Positions 59,663-64,000 of a stretch of 64,000 bases of DNA are shown one piece after another (within the stretch, counting starts at the first letter, position 1; each line of letters begins with the position of its first letter). Below the pieces are notes generated by a model. That model was not told where the DNA came from. It did no database searches and saw only the letters and a list, made by a program, of their open reading frames with translations. The position numbers and the translations under genes are program-made. This DNA is from Promethearchaeota archaeon (lineage in GTDB: Archaea; Asgardarchaeota; Lokiarchaeia; Sigyniarchaeales; SOKP01), in NCBI GenBank assembly GCA_029838195.1, contig JALGVJ010000017.1, positions 1-64,000 of the forward strand, written 5' to 3'.

Positions 59663-60544
59663 ATGCGATTAGAACCTGAATGCGTTGGCTGTTTATTTAA
59701 TCAGATATTAAATGCAATAAAACATTTAGATTTAAAACTCCCTCGATCGGATATTATATTTCTTCAAAAAAAAGTGATGGCTTATTTGCTTGAGAAAGAT
59801 TTTGATAACACGACAGCACCGATGGTTGCGCGATATCTCTATGATTTAATTTCACAAGTGGCAAATAATCCCGATCCCTTTCGAGAGTTAAAAAAAAAAT
59901 ATAATTCTCTAGCATTAAGATATCATGATAAGATTCTTAATTCAATTAAAACGACTGAGGATCCATTATTTAAAGCATTAATTATCGCTGCATTAGGAAA
60001 TACAATCGATTTTGCGAGTCAGCATGAAATTAATTTAATCCAAGATCTAACCAATTTCATTCCCCAGCAATTAAAAATTAATGATTATGAATCTTTTAAA
60101 GCCACTCTCGATAATTCTAAAGGGTTACTAATTCTTGGCGATAATGCCGGAGAAATCGTGTTTGATAAATTATTAATCACGATTTTACGAGAAATGTATC
60201 CCCATTTAGAAATAATATATGCCGTCCGAGCATCGCCCATCATTAATGATGCTACTATGGAGGATGCCGAGGAAATTAACCTGACAAGCATGGTAAAAGT
60301 AATTGAGTCGAGTCCCATTCCGGGTATTGATTTGTCTAATGTTTCAAGAGAATTTAAGACCTATTTTTATTCCGAAAATCACGCCATTTTATCAAAGGGA
60401 CAAGGAAATTTTGAATGTTTACACGATTCAAGCACGATTGGCAAGCCAATTTATTATTTGTTTAAAGTTAAATGTAATTTAATGGAGCGGATTTTTCAAT
60501 CACGTGGTGTTAAAAAGGGCGACTTGATTTTTATTAAAATGTGA
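59663..60544 (+). CDS. ARMT1-like DUF89 damage-control phosphatase
   Basis: PECVGC, DPF..K, GNTID, DNAGEIVFD, PIINDAT, SKGQGNFE, KVKC. Confidence 0.93.
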   Translation: MRLEPECVGCLFNQILNAIKHLDLKLPRSDIIFLQKKVMAYLLEKDFDNTTAPMVARYLYDLISQVANNPDPFRELKKKYNSLALRYHDKILNSIKTTEDPLFKALIIAALGNTIDFASQHEINLIQDLTNFIPQQLKINDYESFKATLDNSKGLLILGDNAGEIVFDKLLITILREMYPHLEIIYAVRASPIINDATMEDAEEINLTSMVKVIESSPIPGIDLSNVSREFKTYFYSENHAILSKGQGNFECLHDSSTIGKPIYYLFKVKCNLMERIFQSRGVKKGDLIFIKM

Positions 60545-60685
60545 TGAGCAATCAAATTCAATCATTGAAAGATAAACTAACTCATGGATGGAACCCATTT
60601 TTGATTTCGCTAATAAATTAGAATTTTAAAACATTAATTATTAATTATTTCAAAAAAAATCTTTCACCCTCCCTTGGGAAAGAGA

Positions 60686-61180
60686 TCAAGTGCTTTTTTG
60701 TTGGCGCATTTTTCGGATTGCTTCCGTGAAGAAACCAAAATCTTGTTTAGTACTTGAATTTTTCTTATTTTCAAAAAAATCTTCTATTTGTTTATAAAGA
60801 AGGCGTTTAAATGAAGTGAAGCGAGAAATGTCCACGCACGTAGCGATCTCATCCTTGTAGAGGGTATAAAAATGTTCTAAAGCTTTTTCCGCTTCTTCCC
60901 GTGCATCCTCAGAAAGAAAATTTTTATCAACTATTATAATTAAAATAAGTCTATGGGCTGTGACCACGATAATTTGAACATCTAATCCCTTAATGATAAT
61001 TTCTTCTATTTTCCCCATGCTATCTTTTCCGAACAATGACAAGGCGCCAACAAACGAGGATAATAAAATCGGATTAATGTGCGTATCTAAAATCAAGTCT
61101 AAAAGAAATTCTCCGCTTTCCTTGCATATTACAATTCCTTTAATTTGCTTTGCGATTTCTTCTTGCGAAATGCTGCTGAT
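60686..61180 (-). CDS. Longin/roadblock-like domain protein; probable ATC start at 61180 (ORF track 61096)
   Basis: Upstream extension IKGIVICKESGEFLLD supplies the N-terminal hairpin; LLSSFVGALSLFG helix; F..LY, F..F pattern. Confidence 0.75.
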   Translation of the reverse strand: MSSISQEEIAKQIKGIVICKESGEFLLDLILDTHINPILLSSFVGALSLFGKDSMGKIEEIIIKGLDVQIIVVTAHRLILIIIVDKNFLSEDAREEAEKALEHFYTLYKDEIATCVDISRFTSFKRLLYKQIEDFFENKKNSSTKQDFGFFTEAIRKMRQQKST

Positions 61181-61833
61181 TTTAATCCCCCTTTATTTTT
61201 TTCTTATTTGTTATAAAAATACAACCCATATAGTAAAATGTAAAATAATTTTAATATTTAATGCGAATGGAAATTTAATATAGTAAGGTGATATCCATAT
61301 ATAGACATGATTTTTTTTTCAAGAGTAATTTAAAATAATTATCCTCATTCTTAAATAATTTTTTAATACTTCCTCATGTATAACATTAAGCACACCAATT
61401 TAAATAATTCCTTTTCCATATCTTTTCCATGAATGGAAAGGCTTCCTTTTTCCTTTTATTAGATTAATTGAAAAAATTTCTAATGTTTCATTTTAACAAA
61501 TTAAAGGTATAGTCTGCTTCTCTTCATTAAAGATAAAAAGCTGTGAAATAATTTAAACCAGATATTTTTGAGTTAATTATAACCACATGAATCATTAATT
61601 AATTGAAAAAATATATCAAACCTTATAAAAATCCGAATCCAATATGAAGGAAAAAAACCCGGTAATTAATTTTACACTGCTTAGAGAAACAAGCTTCAAT
61701 CTACAAGCTAAAATCCCGAAGGATCCAGATAAAGTTGATCAATAAATGATCTTAAAAATTTTTCCCCGAGAAATTTAATATATTTCCTTTTTAAAAACAA
61801 GTGAAATGTTTAAACTATAGGAAAAAATTGAAT

Positions 61834-62763
61834 TCAACAAGCTTTCCAAAAAGTTTTATCTTCATAATAATATTTTTTTATTTTTCCTTTAGATTCAAGA
61901 TCGGTTAAGATTTCTATAATTTTTTCTTTTTTCATTTGTTCTTTCATAAATGTTTCAATGATTTGTTCTTCCCGCATTGGATGTCTTGTTAAGATTGAAA
62001 CCAATTCTCCTTGTAAATCCTTAGAATGAAGGATAAAATCCCCCTCTTCAGGAAAATTTATATTATTATACTCTTTGAATACCTGATTTAAGCGCGGAAT
62101 TAAATCCTTACCAGGAATTTTGACATATTTTTCAGCAGGAGGGCGAATGGGCACGTTAATATCAATTCTGTCCGGTTTTATTTCATCCATTATTCTTTTA
62201 ATTTTTCTTAATTCCTCTACTGAATCATTAAGATTTTTCATCACCATTACTTCAATCCAAAATTTTCCCTTATAATTTTTGTTAAATTCTATTAATCCAT
62301 TTACCATTTCTGAAAATTTAATGCTTGGATGAGGCCTATTTATTCTAATAAAAGATTTTTCATCACCAGCATCTAAAGTTGGTAAAACTACATCAACTAA
62401 CATTAGGGCATCTTTCACTTCTTTATCAGACAATAAACTTCCATTAGTTATCACGCAAATGGGTTTTTCTGTTAACGTTTTAGCATGACGAATTAATAAT
62501 TCTAAATCTTTATATAATGTGGGTTCTCCACTTCCAATGAATGTGAGATAATCAAATTTAAGATTTTTTTGAGATAGTACTTCTTTCATTTCATTCTGAA
62601 TAACCTCCACGGGATAAAAATTTTCACGTGTATTCGTAAAATTTGTAGTTCTCCCTAATTGACAATAAATGCATTGATAATTGCATGTTTTCGACGGGAC
62701 GGGATCTACTCCCAAAGATTTTCCTAATCTTCTACTAGGAACTGGTCCAAATAAAAATGTCAT
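61834..62763 (-). CDS. Radical SAM protein (COG0731-type)
   Basis: FGPVPSRRLGKSLG, CNYQCIYC, GSGEPTL, ITNGSLL, INRP. Confidence 0.93.
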   Translation of the reverse strand: MTFLFGPVPSRRLGKSLGVDPVPSKTCNYQCIYCQLGRTTNFTNTRENFYPVEVIQNEMKEVLSQKNLKFDYLTFIGSGEPTLYKDLELLIRHAKTLTEKPICVITNGSLLSDKEVKDALMLVDVVLPTLDAGDEKSFIRINRPHPSIKFSEMVNGLIEFNKNYKGKFWIEVMVMKNLNDSVEELRKIKRIMDEIKPDRIDINVPIRPPAEKYVKIPGKDLIPRLNQVFKEYNNINFPEEGDFILHSKDLQGELVSILTRHPMREEQIIETFMKEQMKKEKIIEILTDLESKGKIKKYYYEDKTFWKAC

Positions 62764-62855
62764 TTTGTGAATAAATATTCATTTAATTAAAATGTTTTAT
62801 AAAATAACACCATCCGATAAAATTAAAAGAAGTAGAGGTAAAATTTTATAGAATT

Positions 62856-63677
62856 TTAATAGGTGTAAAAACCTTTTTTAGTTTTAAGTCCAAGCTCACC
62901 CCTTTCTACTTTCTCTTTTAAAATATCCGGAGGTTTATCCCGTGGATCTCCACTATTTTTATAATAGGATAATTCAATATCATATACAACATCCAAACCG
63001 ACCGCATCCATGAGTTGGAAAGGGCCAAGTCCCATGCCTGTAAAAATTTTCCAAGCCTTATCAACCTCTTCAATATCTGCATGACCTCCCGCCCAAATTT
63101 CGAGGCATTCTTTTTTAACAGCCCTCCAAATTCGATTAAAAACAAAGCCATAACATTCCTTTTTCACGATAATGGGTGTAATTCCCATGCTTTCCACCCA
63201 TTTCTTACTTATTTCGAAGGTCTCATCACTTGTTTGCGTACCACGCATTATATCTGCCATGGGAATTGTCGTGAGATTATAAAAATGAACATTAATGACC
63301 TTATCTTTTCGCTGAACCGCATCCTCAATTTTTGATACGGGAATGGAGGAACTGTTAGTAGCAATAATCGTATGAGAAGGTGCCGCTTTATCTATTTCCG
63401 TAAAAATCTTTTTTTTTAATTCCAACTGTTCAGGAATGGCTTCTATGATGAAATCGGCATCTGCCACTGCTTCCTCTAGGGTTTCATGGAAAGTAACTCC
63501 TCCCGGGATTTTCTTTCTTTTCTTTTTCCGTGCTTGCGAATTCACGTATTTTCTCGCTTCTTCTTGATCCTTATCAAATGCACGAACTGTATATTCTAAT
63601 AAAGCATTTTTTGCTAAAATCTGCCTTCCCATAAAGCCAACGCCAATAATAGCAATGGTTTTTAGTTGTCCGCTCAT
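62856..63677 (-). CDS. 3-hydroxyacyl-CoA dehydrogenase family protein
   Basis: IGVGFMG, IEAIPE, ATNSSS, HF.N, GFVFNR, GPFQLMD.VGLD, G.KT.KGFY. Confidence 0.94.
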   Translation of the reverse strand: MSGQLKTIAIIGVGFMGRQILAKNALLEYTVRAFDKDQEEARKYVNSQARKKKRKKIPGGVTFHETLEEAVADADFIIEAIPEQLELKKKIFTEIDKAAPSHTIIATNSSSIPVSKIEDAVQRKDKVINVHFYNLTTIPMADIMRGTQTSDETFEISKKWVESMGITPIIVKKECYGFVFNRIWRAVKKECLEIWAGGHADIEEVDKAWKIFTGMGLGPFQLMDAVGLDVVYDIELSYYKNSGDPRDKPPDILKEKVERGELGLKTKKGFYTY

Positions 63678-64000
63678 TTTTTTCCCTTTTTTATTTTTTC
63701 CTCTCTTTTTTTTTTATTTATTTTTCGTTTATTTATTAATGTAACTTATTTTTAATATTTAATTTTATTTTAGAACACTTCAAATAATAATCTTCTTAAA
63801 CGCCCTCATTTTCCGTCTAATTATCCTTCTCTCAATTGATATAAAAAATCCATGGAAATAAATACATGAAATGATTTAATTTGATATATTTTACTTCAAG
63901 ATAAGCAATTTTTCTCAAGGTTTTTTTAAGAGAGGCCGTCATATGCGTCACCTAGTTGAATTTTTTGCCGATTTTCCTTATATTCCGAAGCATTAATAAA

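Noticed and set aside
61644-61745. 33-aa ORF MKEKNPVINFTLLRETSFNLQAKIPKDPDKVDQ
   Set aside because: No RBS or recognisable motif; compatible with chance
1443-63335. Numerous short ORFs (60-176 aa) antisense to or nested in longer genes, e.g. 19677..20207, 9500..9853, 45372..45740, 49468..49821
   Set aside because: They overlap well-supported genes and show no family motifs; treated as shadow ORFs
1-64000. CRISPR array, rRNA, tRNA, IS element, integrase
   Set aside because: No regularly spaced repeats, no GC-rich structured RNA tracts and no transposase or recombinase motifs seen by eye; a covariance-model scan would be needed to exclude small RNAs

Overview
AT-rich, gene-dense archaeal chromosomal segment, most consistent with Lokiarchaeia (Asgard archaea). 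That assignment is inferred from the roadblock/LC7 and longin-like proteins, a vWA-RING protein, archaeal-type MetG, many fatty-acid oxidation enzymes and GGTGA/GGAGG ribosome-binding sites. Most genes are metabolic, transport or housekeeping (GH3, M29/M20/M24 peptidases, MFS and ABC-2 transporters, acyl-CoA dehydrogenase, crotonases, AOR operon, gpmA, metG). I found no rRNA, tRNA, CRISPR array, transposase or integrase. Main points of interest: (1) a ~2.3-kb AT-rich two-gene cassette (dual-OB-like protein plus a ParB-HTH-DUF488 fusion) between ~0.5-kb diverged direct repeats that duplicate the 3' ends of both flanking genes, suggesting integrase-free insertion of a DNA repair/conflict module; (2) a highly divergent RtcB-like ligase transcribed divergently from an internally repeated beta-protein and an AAA+ ATPase; (3) a split, A/T-domain-less Pls/NRPS-terminal-domain-like membrane pair; (4) a TFIIH p44/Ssl1-like vWA protein with two RING-like fingers; (5) an orphan A/V-ATPase A subunit with GER->GEP at the catalytic motif; (6) several genes that appear to start at ATT/ATC. 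Family assignments come from motif recognition by eye, not from database searches.
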